The translations under genes and the position numbers were made by a program. Of a stretch of 64,000 bases of DNA, positions 1 through 14,400 are shown one piece after another. Within the stretch, counting starts at the first letter, position 1; the number at the start of each line of letters is the position of its first letter. The notes beneath the pieces are model-generated. The model ran no database searches and was not told the DNA's origin. It saw nothing but the letters and a program-made list of their open reading frames with translations. Origin of the DNA: Eledone cirrhosa (Eukaryota); assembly GCA_964016885.1 (NCBI GenBank), contig OZ024743.1, positions 209,994,001 to 210,058,000 of the forward strand, written 5' to 3'.

Positions 1-3000
1 TTTACCATCCTATAGCCACACATGAAAGCTCTTCACTCCATAAGATATACCACAGTTTACCATATTATGGCGACACATGAAAGCTCTTCACCCCATAAGA
101 TATACCACAGTTTACCATCCTATAGCCACACATGAAAGCTCTTCACTCCATAAGATATACCACAGTTTACCATCCTATAGCCACACATGAAAGCTCTTCA
201 CTCCATAAGATATACCACAGTTTACCATCCTATAGCCACAGATGAAAGCTCTTCACCCCATAAGATATACCACAGTTTACCATCCTATAGCCACACATGA
301 AAGCTCTTCACCCCATAAGATATACCACAGTTTACCATCCTATTGCCACACATGAAAGTTCTTCACTCGATAAGATATACCACAGTTTACCATCCAATAG
401 CCACACATGAAAGCTCTTCACTCCATAAGATATACCACAGTTTACCATCCTATAGCCAGATGAAAGCTCTTCACTCCATAAGATATACGACAGTTTACCA
501 TCCTATAGCCACACATGAAAGCTCTTCAATCCATAAGATATACCCCAGTTTACCATCCTATAGCCAGATGAAAGCTCTTCACTCCATAAGATATACCACA
601 GTTTACCACCCTATAGCCACAGATGAAAGCTCTTCACTCCATGAGATATACCACAGTTTACCATCCTATAGCCATGCCACGGATGAAAGCTCTTCACTCC
701 ATAAGATATACGACAGTTTACCATCCTATAGCCACACATGAAAGCTCTTCACTCGATAAGATATACCACAGTTTACCATCCTATAGCCACACATGAAAGC
801 TCTTCACTCCATAAGATATCCCACAGTTTACCATCATATAGCCACACATGAAAGCTCTTCACTCCATAAGATATACCACAGTTTACCATCCTATAGCCAG
901 ATGAAAGCTCTTCACTCCATAAGATATACCACAGTTTACCATCCTATAGCCACAGATGAAAGCTCTTCACTCCATAAGATATACCACAGTTTACCATCCT
1001 ATAGCCACAGATGAAAGCTCTTCACTCCATAAGATATACCACAGTTTACCATCCTATAGCCACAGATGAAAGCTCTTCACTCCATAAGATATACCACAGT
1101 TTACCATCCTATAGTCACAGATGAAAGCTGTTCACTCCATAAGATATACGACAGTTTACCATCGTATAGCCAGATGAAAGCTCTTCACTCCATAAGATAT
1201 ATCACAGTTTACCATCCTATAGCCACAGATGAAAGCTGTTCACTCCATAAGATATACCACAGTTTACCATCCTATAGCCAGATGAAAGCTCTTCACTCCA
1301 TAAGATATACCACAGTTTACCATCCTAAAGCCACAGATGAAAGCTCTTCACTCCATAAGATATACCACAGTTTACCATCCTATAGCCACAGATGAAAGCT
1401 GTTTACTCCATAAGATATACCACAGTTTACCATCCTATAGCCAGATGAAAGCTCTTCACTCCATAAGATATACCACAGTTTACCATCCTATAGCCACAGA
1501 TGAAAGCTGTTCACTCCATAAGATATACCACAGTTTACCATCCTATAGCCAGATGAAAGCTCTTCACTCCATAAGATATACCACAGTTTACCATCCTAAA
1601 GCCACAGATGAAAGCTCTTCACTCCATAAGATATACCACAGTTTACCATCCTATAGCCACAGATGAAAGCTCTTCACTCCATAAGATATACCACAGTTTA
1701 CCATCCTATAACCACAGATGAAAGCTCTTCACTCCATAAGATATACCACAGTTTACCATCCTATAGCCACAGATGAAAGCTCTTCACTCCATAAGATATA
1801 CCACAGTTTACCATCCTATAGCCACAGATGAAAGCTCTTCACCCCATAAGATATACCACAGTTTACCATCCTATAGCCACACATGAAAGCTCTTCACTCC
1901 ATAAGATATACCACAGTTTACCATCCTATAGCCACACATGAAAGCTCTTCACTCCATAAGATATACCACATTTTACCATCCTATAGCCACACATGAAAGC
2001 TCTTCACTCCATAAGATATACCACAGTTTACCATCCTATAGCCACACATGAAACCTCTTCACTCCATAAGATATACCACAGTTTACCATCCTATAGCCAC
2101 ACATGAAAGCTCTTCACTCCATAAGATATACCACAGTTTACCATCCTATAGCCACAGATGAAAGCTCTTCACCCCATAAGATATACCACAGTTTACCATC
2201 CTATAGCCACAGATGAAAGCTCTTCACCCCATTAGATATACCACAGTTTACCATCCTATAGCCACACATGAAAGCTCTTCACTCCATAAGATATACCACA
2301 TTTTACCATCCTATAGCCACACATGAAAGCTCCTCACTCCATAAGATATACCACAGTTTACCATCCTATAGCCACACATGAAAGCTCTTCACGCCATAAG
2401 ATATACCACAGTTTACCATCCTATAGCCACAGATGAAAGCTCTTCACCCCATAAGATATACCACAGTTTACCATCCTATAGCCACACATGAAAGCTCTTC
2501 ACCCCATCAGATATACCACAGTTTACCATCCTATTGCGACACATTAAAGCTCTTCACTCCATAATATATACCAGAGATTACCATCCTATAGCCACACATG
2601 AAAGCTCTTCACTCCATAAGATATACCACAGTTTACCATCCTATAGCCAGATGAAAGCTCTTCACTCCATAAGATATACGATAGTTTACCATCCTATAGC
2701 CACACATGAAATCTCTTCACTCCATAAGATATACCACAGTTTACCATCCTATAGCCACACATGAAAGCTCTTCACTCCATAAGATATACGTCAGTTTACC
2801 ATCCTATAGCCACAGATGAAAGCTCTTCACTCCATAAGATATACCACAGTTTACTATCCTATAGCCAGACATGAGAGCTCTTCACCCCATAAGATATACC
2901 ACAGTTTACCATCCTATAGCCAGATGAAAGCTCTTCACTCCGTAAAATATACCACAGTTTACCATCCTATAGCCACACATGAAAGCTCTTCACTCCATAA

Positions 3001-5400
3001 GATATACCACAGTTTACCATCCTATAGCCACAGATGAAAGCTCTTCACTCCATAAGATATACCACAGTTTAACATCCTATAGCCACAGATGAAAGCTCTT
3101 CACTCCATACGATATACCACAGTTTACCATCCTATAGCCACAGATGAAAGCTTTTCACTCCATAAGATATACCACAGTTTACCATCCTATAGCCACACAT
3201 GAAAGCTCTTCACTCCATAAGATATACCACAGTTTACCATACGATGGCCACACATGAAAGCTCTTCACCCCATAAGATATACCACAGTTTACCATCCTAT
3301 AGCCACACATGAAAGCTCTTCACTCCATAAGATATACCACAGTTTACCATCCTATAGCCACACATGAAAGCTCTTCACTCCATAAGATATACCACAGTTT
3401 ACCATCCTATAGCCACAGATGAAAGCTCTTCACCCCATAAGATATACCACAGTTTACCATCCTATAGCCACACATGAAAGCTCTTCACCCCATAAGATAT
3501 ACCACAGTTTACCATCCTATTGCCACACATGAAAGTTCTTCACTCGATAAGATATACCACAGTTTACCATCCAATAGCCACACATGAAAGCTGTTCACTC
3601 CATAAGATATACCACAGTTTACCATCCTATAGCCAGATGAAAGCTCTTCACTCCATAAGATATACGACAGTTTACCATCCTATAGCCACACATGAAAGCT
3701 CTTCAATCCATAAGATATACCCCAGTTTACCATCCTATAGCCAGATGAAAGCTCTTCACTCCATAAGATATACCACAGTTTACCACCCTATAGCCACAGA
3801 TGAAAGCTCTTCACTCCATGAGATATACCACAGTTTACCATCCTATAGCCATGCCACGGATGAAAGCTCTTCACTCCATAAGATATACGACAGTTTACCA
3901 TCCTATAGCCACACATGAAAGCTCTTCACTCGATAAGATATACCACAGTTTACCATCCTATAGCCACACATGAAAGCTCTTCACTCCATAAGATATACCA
4001 CAGTTTACCATCCTATAGCCACACATGAAAGCTCTTCACTCCATAAGATATCCCACAGTTTACCATCATATAGCCACACATGAAAGCTCTTCACTCCATA
4101 AGATATACCACAGTTTACCATCCTATAGCCAGATGAAAGCTCTTCACTCCATAAGATATACCACAGTTTACCATCCTATAGCCACAGATGAAAGCTCTTC
4201 ACTCCATAAGATATACCACAGTTTACCATCCTATAGCCACAGATGAAAGCTCTTCACTCCATAAGATATACCACAGTTTACCATCCTATAGCCACAGATG
4301 AAAGCTCTTCACTCCATAAGATATACCACAGTTTACCATCATATAGTCACAGATGAAAGCTGTTCACTCCATAAGATATACGACAGTTTACCATCGTATA
4401 GCCACAGATGAAAGCTGTTCACTCCATAAGATATACCACAGTTTACCATCCTATAGCCAGATGAAAGCTCTTCACTCCATAAGATATACCACAGTTTACC
4501 ATCCTATAGCCAGATGAAAGCTCTTCACTCCATAAGATATACCACAGTTTACCATCCTATAGCCACAGATGAAAGCTCTTCACTCCATAAGATATACCAC
4601 AGTTTACCATCCTATAGCCACACATGAAAGCTCTTCACTCCATAAGATATACCACAGTTTACCATCCTATAGCCACACATGAAAGCTCTTCACTCCATAA
4701 GATATACCACAGTTTACCATCCTATAGCCACAGATGAAAGCTCTTCACCCCATAAGATATACCACAGTTTACCATCCTATTGCCACACATGAAAGCTCTT
4801 CACTCAATAAGATATACCACAGTTTACCATCCTATGGCCACACATGAAAGCTCTTCACCCCATAAGATATACCACAGTTTACCATCCTATAGCCAGATGA
4901 AAGCTCTTCACTCCATAAGATATACCACAGTTTACCATCCTATAGCCACACATGAAAGCTCTTCACTCCATAAGATATACCACAGTTTATATTCCTATAG
5001 CCACACATAAAAGTTCTTCACTCGATAAGATATACCACAGTTTACCATCCTATAGCCACGCATGAAAGCTCTTCACTCCATAAGATATACCACAGTTTAC
5101 CATCCTATAGCCAGATGAAAGCTCTTCACTCCATAAGATATACGACAGTTTACCATCCTATAGCCACACATGAAAGCTCTTCAATCCATAAGATATACCT
5201 CAGTTTACCATCCTATAGCCACAGATGAAATCTCTTCACTCCATAAGATATACCACAGTTTACCATCCTATAGCCACAGATGAAAGCTCTTCACTCCATA
5301 AGATATACCACAGTTTACCATCCTATAGCCACACATGAAAGCTCTTCACTCCATAAGATATACCACAGTTTACCATCCTATAGCCACACATGAAAGCTCT
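1..5400 (+). repeat. Higher-order block A, copy 1
   Basis: Ordered rare variants TATTGCGACACATTAAAG (~2532), GCCAGACATGAGAG (~2864) and CATACGATGGCC (~3238) recur in the same order at +8766/+8711/+8656 and at +53741. ORF starts 343/793/1066/1337/2534/2816/3520/4025/4780 map to 54084/54534/54807/55078/56275/56557/57261/57766/58521. Confidence 0.9.
1100..1670 (+). repeat. 271-bp (5-monomer: 3x55 + 2x53) tandem duplication module, reused many times in the array
   Basis: The CCTAAAGCC variant occurs at ~1324 and ~1595 (offset 271), and the ORF pair 1066/1337 has the same offset. The module recurs near 10.1, 15.5, 27.8, 32.9, 35.5, 40.2, 43.6, 51.9, 55.1 and 62.7 kb. Confidence 0.85.
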
Positions 5401-8400
5401 TCAGCCCATAAGATATACCACAGTTTACCATCCTATAGCCACACATGAAAGCTCTTCAGCCCATAAGATATACCACAGTTTACCATCCTATAGCCACACA
5501 TGAAAGCTCTTCACTCCATAAGATATACCACAGTTTACCATCCTATAGCCACACATGAAAGCTCTTCACTCCATAAGATATACCACAGTTTACCATCCTA
5601 TAGCCACAGATGAAAGCTCTTCACCCCATAAGATATACCACAGTTTACCATCCTATAGCCACACATGAAAGCTCTTCACCCCATAAGATATACCACAGTT
5701 TACCATCCTATTGCCACACATGAATGTTCTTCACTCGATAAGATATACCACAGTTTACCATCCAATAGCCACACATGAAAGCTCTTCACTCCATAAGACA
5801 TACCACAGTTTACCATCCTATAGCCAGATGAAAGCTCTTCACTCCATAAGATATACGACAGTTTACCATCCTATAGCCACACATGAAAGCTCTTCAATCC
5901 ATAAGATATACCCCAGTTCACCATCCTATAGCCAGATGAAAGCTCTTCACTCCATAAGATATACCACAGTTTACCACCCTATAGCCACAGATGAAAGCTC
6001 TTCACTCCATGAGATATACCACAGTTTACCATCCTATAGCCACGCCACGGATGAAAGCTCTTCACTCCATAAGATATACCACAGTTTACAATCCTATAGC
6101 CACAGATGAAAGCTCTTCACTCCATAAGATATACCACAGTTTACCATCCTATGGCCACAGATGAAAGCTCTTCACTCCATAATATATACCACAGTTTACC
6201 ATCCTATAGCCACAGATGAAAGCTCTTCACTCCATAAGATATACCACAGTTTACCATCCTGTAGCCACACATGAAAGCTCTTCACTCCATAAGATATACC
6301 ACAGTTTACCATCCTATAGTCAAGCCACGGATGAAAGCGCTTCACTCCATAAGATATACCACAGTTTACCATCCTATAGTCACACATGAAAGCTCTTCAC
6401 TCCATAAGATATAACACAGTTTACCATCCTATAGCCAGATGAAAGCTCTTCACTCCATAAGATATCCCACAGTTTACCATCATATAGCCACACATGAAAG
6501 CTCTTCACTCCATAAGATATACCACAGTTTACCATCCTATAGCCAGATGAAAGCTCTTCACTCCATAAGATATACCACAGTTTACCATCCTATAGCCACA
6601 GATGAAAGCTCTTCACTCCATAAGATATACCACAGTTTACCATCCTATAGCCACAGATGAAAGCTCTTCACTCCATAAGATATACCACAGTTTACCATCC
6701 TATAGCCACAGATGAAAGCTCTTCACTCCATAAGATATACCACAGTTTACCATCATATAGTCACAGATGAAAGCTGTTCACTCCATAAGATATACGACAG
6801 TTTACCATCGTATAGCCACAGATGAAAGCTCTTCACTCCATAAGATATACCACAGTTTACCATCCTATAGCCAGATGAAAGCTCTTCACTCCATAAGATA
6901 TACCACAGTTTACCATCCTATAGCCAGATGAAAGCTCTTCACTCAATAAGATATACCACAGTTTACCATCCTATAGCCACAGATGAAAGCTCTTCACTCC
7001 ATAAGATATACCACAGTTTACCATCCTATAGCCACACATGAAAGCTCTTCACTCCATAAGATATACCACAGTTTACCATCCTATAGCCACACATGAAAGC
7101 TCTTCACTCCATAAGATATACCACAGTTTACCATCCTATAGCCACAGATGAAAGCTCTTCACCCCATAAGATATACCACAGTTTACCATCCTATTGCCAC
7201 ACATGAAAGCTCTTCACTCAATAAGATATACCACAGTTTACCATCCTATGGCCACACATGAAAGCTCTTCACCCCATAAGATATACCACAGTTTACCATC
7301 CTATAGCCAGATGAAAGCTCTTCACTCCATAAGATATACCACAGTTTACCATCCTATAGCCACACATGAAAGCTCTTCACTCCATAAGATATACCACAGT
7401 TTATATTCCTATAGCCACACATAAAAGTTCTTCACTCGATAAGATATACCACAGTTTACCATCCTATAGCCACACATGAAAGCTCTTCACTCCATAAGAT
7501 ATACCACAGTTTACCATCCTATAGCCAGATGAAAGCTCTTCACTCCATAAGATATACGACAGTTTACCATCCTATAGCCACACATGAAAGCTCTTCAATC
7601 CATAAGATATACCTCAGTTTACCATCCTATAGCCACAGATGAAATCTCTTCACTCCATAAGATATACCACAGTTTACCATCCTATAGCCACAGATGAAAG
7701 CTCTTCACTCCATAAGATATACCACAGTTTACCATCCTATAGCCACACATGAAAGCTCTTCACTCCATAAGATATACCACAGTTTACCATCCTATAGCCA
7801 CACATGAAAGCTCTTCAGCCCATAAGATATACCACAGTTTACCATCCTATAGCCACACATGAAAGCTCTTCACTCCATAAGATATACCACAGTTTACCAT
7901 CCTATAGCCACACATGAAAGCTCTTCACTCCATAAGATATACCACAGTTTACCATCCTATAGCCACAGATGAAAGCTCTTCACCCCATAAGATATACCAC
8001 AGTTTACCATCCTATAGCCACACATGAAAGCTCTTCACCCCATAAGATATACCACAGTTTACCATCCTATTGCCACACATGAATGTTCTTCACTCGATAA
8101 GATATACCACAGTTTACCATCCAATAGCCACACATGAAAGCTCTTCACTCCATAAGACATACCACAGTTTACCATCCTATAGCCAGATGAAAGCTCTTCA
8201 CTCCATAAGATATACGACAGTTTACCATCCTATAGCCACACATGAAAGCTCTTCAATCCATAAGATATACCCCAGTTCACCATCCTATAGCCAGATGAAA
8301 GCTCTTCACTCCATAAGATATACCACAGTTTACCACCCTATAGCCACAGATGAAAGCTCTTCACTCCATGAGATATACCACAGTTTACCATCCTATAGCC
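4020..8400 (+). repeat. ~2.4-kb tandem duplication (offset 2414, then 2359)
   Basis: ORF starts 4025->6439 and 4780->7194 (2414), then 5711->8070 (2359). The 55-bp difference matches a duplicated TTCAGCCC monomer at ~5400/5455 in the first copy. Confidence 0.85.
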
Positions 8401-11400
8401 ACAGATGAAAGCTCTTCACTCCATAAGATATACCACAGTTTACTATCCTATAGCCACACATGAGAGCTCTTCACCCCATAAGATATACCACAGTTTACCA
8501 TCCTATAGCCAGATGAAAGCTCTTCACTCCGTAAAATATACCACAGTTTACCATCCTATAGCCACACATGAAAGCTCTTCACTCCATAAGATATACCACA
8601 GTTTACCATCCTATAGCCACAGATGAAAGCTCTTCACTCCATAAGATATACCACAGTTTAACATCCTATAGCCACAGATGAAAGCTCTTCACTCCATACG
8701 ATATACCACAGTTTACCATCCTATAGCCACAGATGAAAGCTTTTCACTCCATAAGATATACCACAGTTTACCATCCTATAGCCACACATGAAAGCTCTTC
8801 ACTCCATAAGATATACCACAGTTTACCATACTATGGCGACACATGAAAGCTCTTCACCCCATAAGATATACCACAGTTTACCATCCTATAGCCACACATG
8901 AAAGCTCTTCACTCCATAAGATATACCACAGTTTACCATCCTATAGCCACACATGAAAGCTCTTCACTCCATAAGATATACCACAGTTTACCATCCTATA
9001 GCCACAGATGAAAGCTCTTCACCCCATAAGATATACCACAGTTTACCATCCTATAGCCACACATGAAAGCTCTTCACCCCATAAGATATACCACAGTTTA
9101 CCATCCTATTGCCACACATGAAAGTTCTTCACTCGATAAGATATACCACAGTTTACCATCCAATAGCCACACATGAAAGCTCTTCACTCCATAAGATATA
9201 CCACAGTTTACCATCCTATAGCCAGATGAAAGCTCTTCACTCCATAAGATATACGACAGTTTACCATCCTATAGCCACACATGAAAGCTCTTCAATCCAT
9301 AAGATATACCCCAGTTTACCATCCTATAGCCAGATGAAAGCTCTTCACTCCATAAGATATACCACAGTTTACCACCCTATAGCCACAGATGAAAGCTCTT
9401 CACTCCATGAGATATACCACAGTTTACCATCCTATAGCCATGCCACGGATGAAAGCTCTTCACTCCATAAGATATACGACAGTTTACCATCCTATAGCCA
9501 CACATGAAAGCTCTTCACTCGATAAGATATACCACAGTTTACCATCCTATAGCCACACATGAAAGCTCTTCACTCCATAAGATATCCCACAGTTTACCAT
9601 CATATAGCCACACATGAAAGCTCTTCACTCCATAAGATATACCACAGTTTACCATCCTATAGCCAGATGAAAGCTCTTCACTCCATAAGATATACCACAG
9701 TTTACCATCCTATAGCCACAGATGAAAGCTCTTCACTCCATAAGATATACCACAGTTTACCATCCTATAGCCACAGATGAAAGCTCTTCACTCCATAAGA
9801 TATACCACAGTTTACCATCCTATAGCCACAGATGAAAGCTCTTCACTCCATAAGATATACCACAGTTTACCATCCTATAGTCACAGATGAAAGCTGTTCA
9901 CTCCATAAGATATACGACAGTTTACCATCGTATAGCCAGATGAAAGCTCTTCACTCCATAAGATATATCACAGTTTACCATCCTATAGCCACAGATGAAA
10001 GCTGTTCACTCCATAAGATATACCACAGTTTACCATCCTATAGCCAGATGAAAGCTCTTCACTCCATAAGATATACCACAGTTTACCATCCTAAAGCCAC
10101 AGATGAAAGCTCTTCACTCCATAAGATATACCACAGTTTACCATCCTATAGCCACAGATGAAAGCTGTTTACTCCATAAGATATACCACAGTTTACCATC
10201 CTATAGCCAGATGAAAGCTCTTCACTCCATAAGATATACCACAGTTTACCATCCTATAGCCACAGATGAAAGCTGTTCACTCCATAAGATATACCACAGT
10301 TTACCATCCTATAGCCAGATGAAAGCTCTTCACTCCATAAGATATACCACAGTTTACCATCCTAAAGCCACAGATGAAAGCTCTTCACTCCATAAGATAT
10401 ACCACAGTTTACCATCCTATAGCCACAGATGAAAGCTCTTCACTCCATAAGATATACCACAGTTTACCATCCTATAACCACAGATGAAAGCTCTTCACTC
10501 CATAAGATATACCACAGTTTACCATCCTATAGCCACAGATGAAAGCTCTTCACTCCATAAGATATACCACAGTTTACCATCCTATAGCCACAGATGAAAG
10601 CTCTTCACCCCATAAGATATACCACAGTTTACCATCCTATAGCCACACATGAAAGCTCTTCACTCCATAAGATATACCACAGTTTACCATCCTATAGCCA
10701 CACATGAAAGCTCTTCACTCCATAAGATATACCACAGTTTACCATCCTATAGCCACACATGAAAGCTCTTCACTCCATAAGATATACCACAGTTTACCAT
10801 CCTATAGCCACACATGAAAGCTCTTCACTCCATAAGATATACCACAGTTTACCATCCTATAGCCACAGATGAAAGCTCTTCACCCCATAAGATATACCAC
10901 AGTTTACCATCCTATAGCCACAGATGAAAGCTCTTCACCCCATTAGATATACCACAGTTTACCATCCTATAGCCACACATGAAAGCTCTTCACTCCATAA
11001 GATATACCACATTTTACCATCCTATAGCCACACATGAAAGCTCCTCACTCCATAAGATATACCACAGTTTACCATCCTATAGCCACACATGAAAGCTCTT
11101 CACGCCATAAGATATACCACAGTTTACCATCCTATAGCCACAGATGAAAGCTCTTCACCCCATAAGATATACCACAGTTTACCATCCTATAGCCACACAT
11201 GAAAGCTCTTCACCCCATCAGATATACCACAGTTTACCATCCTATTGCGACACATTAAAGCTCTTCACTCCATAATATATACCAGAGTTTACCATCCTAT
11301 AGCCACACATGAAAGCTCTTCACTCCATAAGATATACCACAGTTTACCATCCTATAGCCAGATGAAAGCTCTTCACTCCATAAGATATACGATAGTTTAC

Positions 11401-14400
11401 CATCCTATAGCCACACATGAAATCTCTTCACTCCATAAGATATACCACAGTTTACCATCCTATAGCCACACATGAAAGCTCTTCACTCCATAAGATATAC
11501 GTCAGTTTACCATCCTATAGCCACAGATGAAAGCTCTTCACTCCATAAGATATACCACAGTTTACTATCCTATAGCCAGACATGAGAGCTCTTCACCCCA
11601 TAAGATATACCACAGTTTACCATCCTATAGCCAGATGAAAGCTCTTCACTCCGTAAAATATACCACAGTTTACCATCCTATAGCCACACATGAAAGCTCT
11701 TCACTCCATAAGATATACCACAGTTTACCATCCTATAGCCACAGATGAAAGCTCTTCACTCCATAAGATATACCACAGTTTAACATCCTATAGCCACAGA
11801 TGAAAGCTCTTCACTCCATACGATATACCACAGTTTACCATCCTATAGCCACAGATGAAAGCTTTTCACTCCATAAGATATACCACAGTTTACCATCCTA
11901 TAGCCACACATGAAAGCTCTTCACTCCATAAGATATACCACAGTTTACCATACGATGGCCACACATGAAAGCTCTTCACCCCATAAGATATACCACAGTT
12001 TACCATCCTATAGCCACACATGAAAGCTCTTCACTCCATAAGATATACCACAGTTTACCATCCTATAGCCACAGATGAAAGCTCTTCACCCCATAAGATA
12101 TACCACAGTTTACCATCCTATAGCCACACATGAAAGCTCTTCACCCCATAAGATATACCACAGTTTACCATCCTATTGCCACACATGAAAGTTCTTCACT
12201 CGATAAGATATACCACAGTTTACCATCCAATAGCCACACATGAAAGCTGTTCACTCCATAAGATATACCACAGTTTACCATCCTATAGCCAGATGAAAGC
12301 TCTTCACTCCATAAGATATACGACAGTTTACCATCCTATAGCCACACATGAAAGCTCTTCAATCCATAAGATATACCCCAGTTTACCATCCTATAGCCAG
12401 ATGAAAGCTCTTCACTCCATAAGATATACCACAGTTTACCACCCTATAGCCACAGATGAAAGCTCTTCACTCCATGAGATATACCACAGTTTACCATCCT
12501 ATAGCCATGCCACGGATGAAAGCTCTTCACTCCATAAGATATACGACAGTTTACCATCCTATAGCCACACATGAAAGCTCTTCACTCGATAAGATATACC
12601 ACAGTTTACCATCCTATAGCCACACATGAAAGCTCTTCACTCCATAAGATATACCACAGTTTACCATCCTATAGCCACACATGAAAGCTCTTCACTCCAT
12701 AAGATATCCCACAGTTTACCATCATATAGCCACACATGAAAGCTCTTCACTCCATAAGATATACCACAGTTTACCATCCTATAGCCAGATGAAAGCTCTT
12801 CACTCCATAAGATATACCACAGTTTACCATCCTATAGCCACAGATGAAAGCTCTTCACTCCATAAGATATACCACAGTTTACCATCCTATAGCCACAGAT
12901 GAAAGCTCTTCACTCCATAAGATATACCACAGTTTACCATCCTATAGCCACAGATGAAAGCTCTTCACTCCATAAGATATACCACAGTTTACCATCATAT
13001 AGTCACAGATGAAAGCTCTTCACTCCATAAGATATACCACAGTTTACCATCGTATAGCCACAGATGAAAGCTGTTCACTCCATAAGATATACCACAGTTT
13101 ACCATCCTATAGCCAGATGAAAGCTCTTCACTCCATAAGATATACCACAGTTTACCATCCTATAGCCAGATGAAAGCTCTTCACTCAATAAGATATACCA
13201 CAGTTTACCATCCTATAGCCACAGATGAAAGCTCTTCACTCCATAAGATATACCACAGTTTACCATCCTATAGCCACACATGAAAGCTCTTCACTCCATA
13301 AGATATACCACAGTTTACCATCCTATAGCCACACATGAAAGCTCTTCACTCCATAAGATATACCACAGTTTACCATCCTATAGCCACAGATGAAAGCTCT
13401 TCACCCCATAAGATATACCACAGTTTACCATCCTATTGCCACACATGAAAGCTCTTCACTCAATAAGATATACCACAGTTTACCATCCTATGGCCACACA
13501 TGAAAGCTCTTCACCCCATAAGATATACCACAGTTTACCATCCTATAGCCAGATGAAAGCTCTTCACTCCATAAGATATACCACAGTTTACCATCCTATA
13601 GCCACACATGAAAGCTCTTCACTCCATAAGATATACCACAGTTTATATTCCTATAGCCACACATAAAAGTTCTTCACTCGATAAGATATACCACAGTTTA
13701 CCATCCTATAGCCACACATGAAAGCTCTTCACTCCATAAGATATACCACAGTTTACCATCCTATAGCCAGATGAAAGCTCTTCACTCCATAAGATATACG
13801 ACAGTTTACCATCCTATAGCCACACATGAAAGCTCTTCAATCCATAAGATATACCTCAGTTTACCATCCTATAGCCACAGATGAAATCTCTTCACTCCAT
13901 AAGATATACCACAGTTTACCATCCTATAGCCACAGATGAAAGCTCTTCACTCCATAAGATATACCACAGTTTACCATCCTATAGCCACACATGAAAGCTC
14001 TTCACTCCATAAGATATACCACAGTTTACCATCCTATAGCCACACATGAAAGCTCTTCAGCCCATAAGATATACCACAGTTTACCATCCTATAGCCACAC
14101 ATGAAAGCTCTTCACTCCATAAGATATACCACAGTTTACCATCCTATAGCCACACATGAAAGCTCTTCACTCCATAAGATATACCACAGTTTACCATCCT
14201 ATAGCCACAGATGAAAGCTCTTCACCCCATAAGATATACCACAGTTTACCATCCTATAGCCACACATGAAAGCTCTTCACTCCATAAGACATACCACAGT
14301 TTACCATCCTATAGCCAGATGAAAGCTCTTCACTCCATAAGATATACGACAGTTTACCATCCTATAGCCACACATGAAAGCTCTTCAATCCATAAGATAT

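Noticed and set aside
351-372. Heat-shock-element-like GAAnnTTC in GAAAGTTC/GAATGTTC variant monomers
   Set aside because: Only two pentamers are present, whereas canonical elements need three, and the motif is absent from the consensus.
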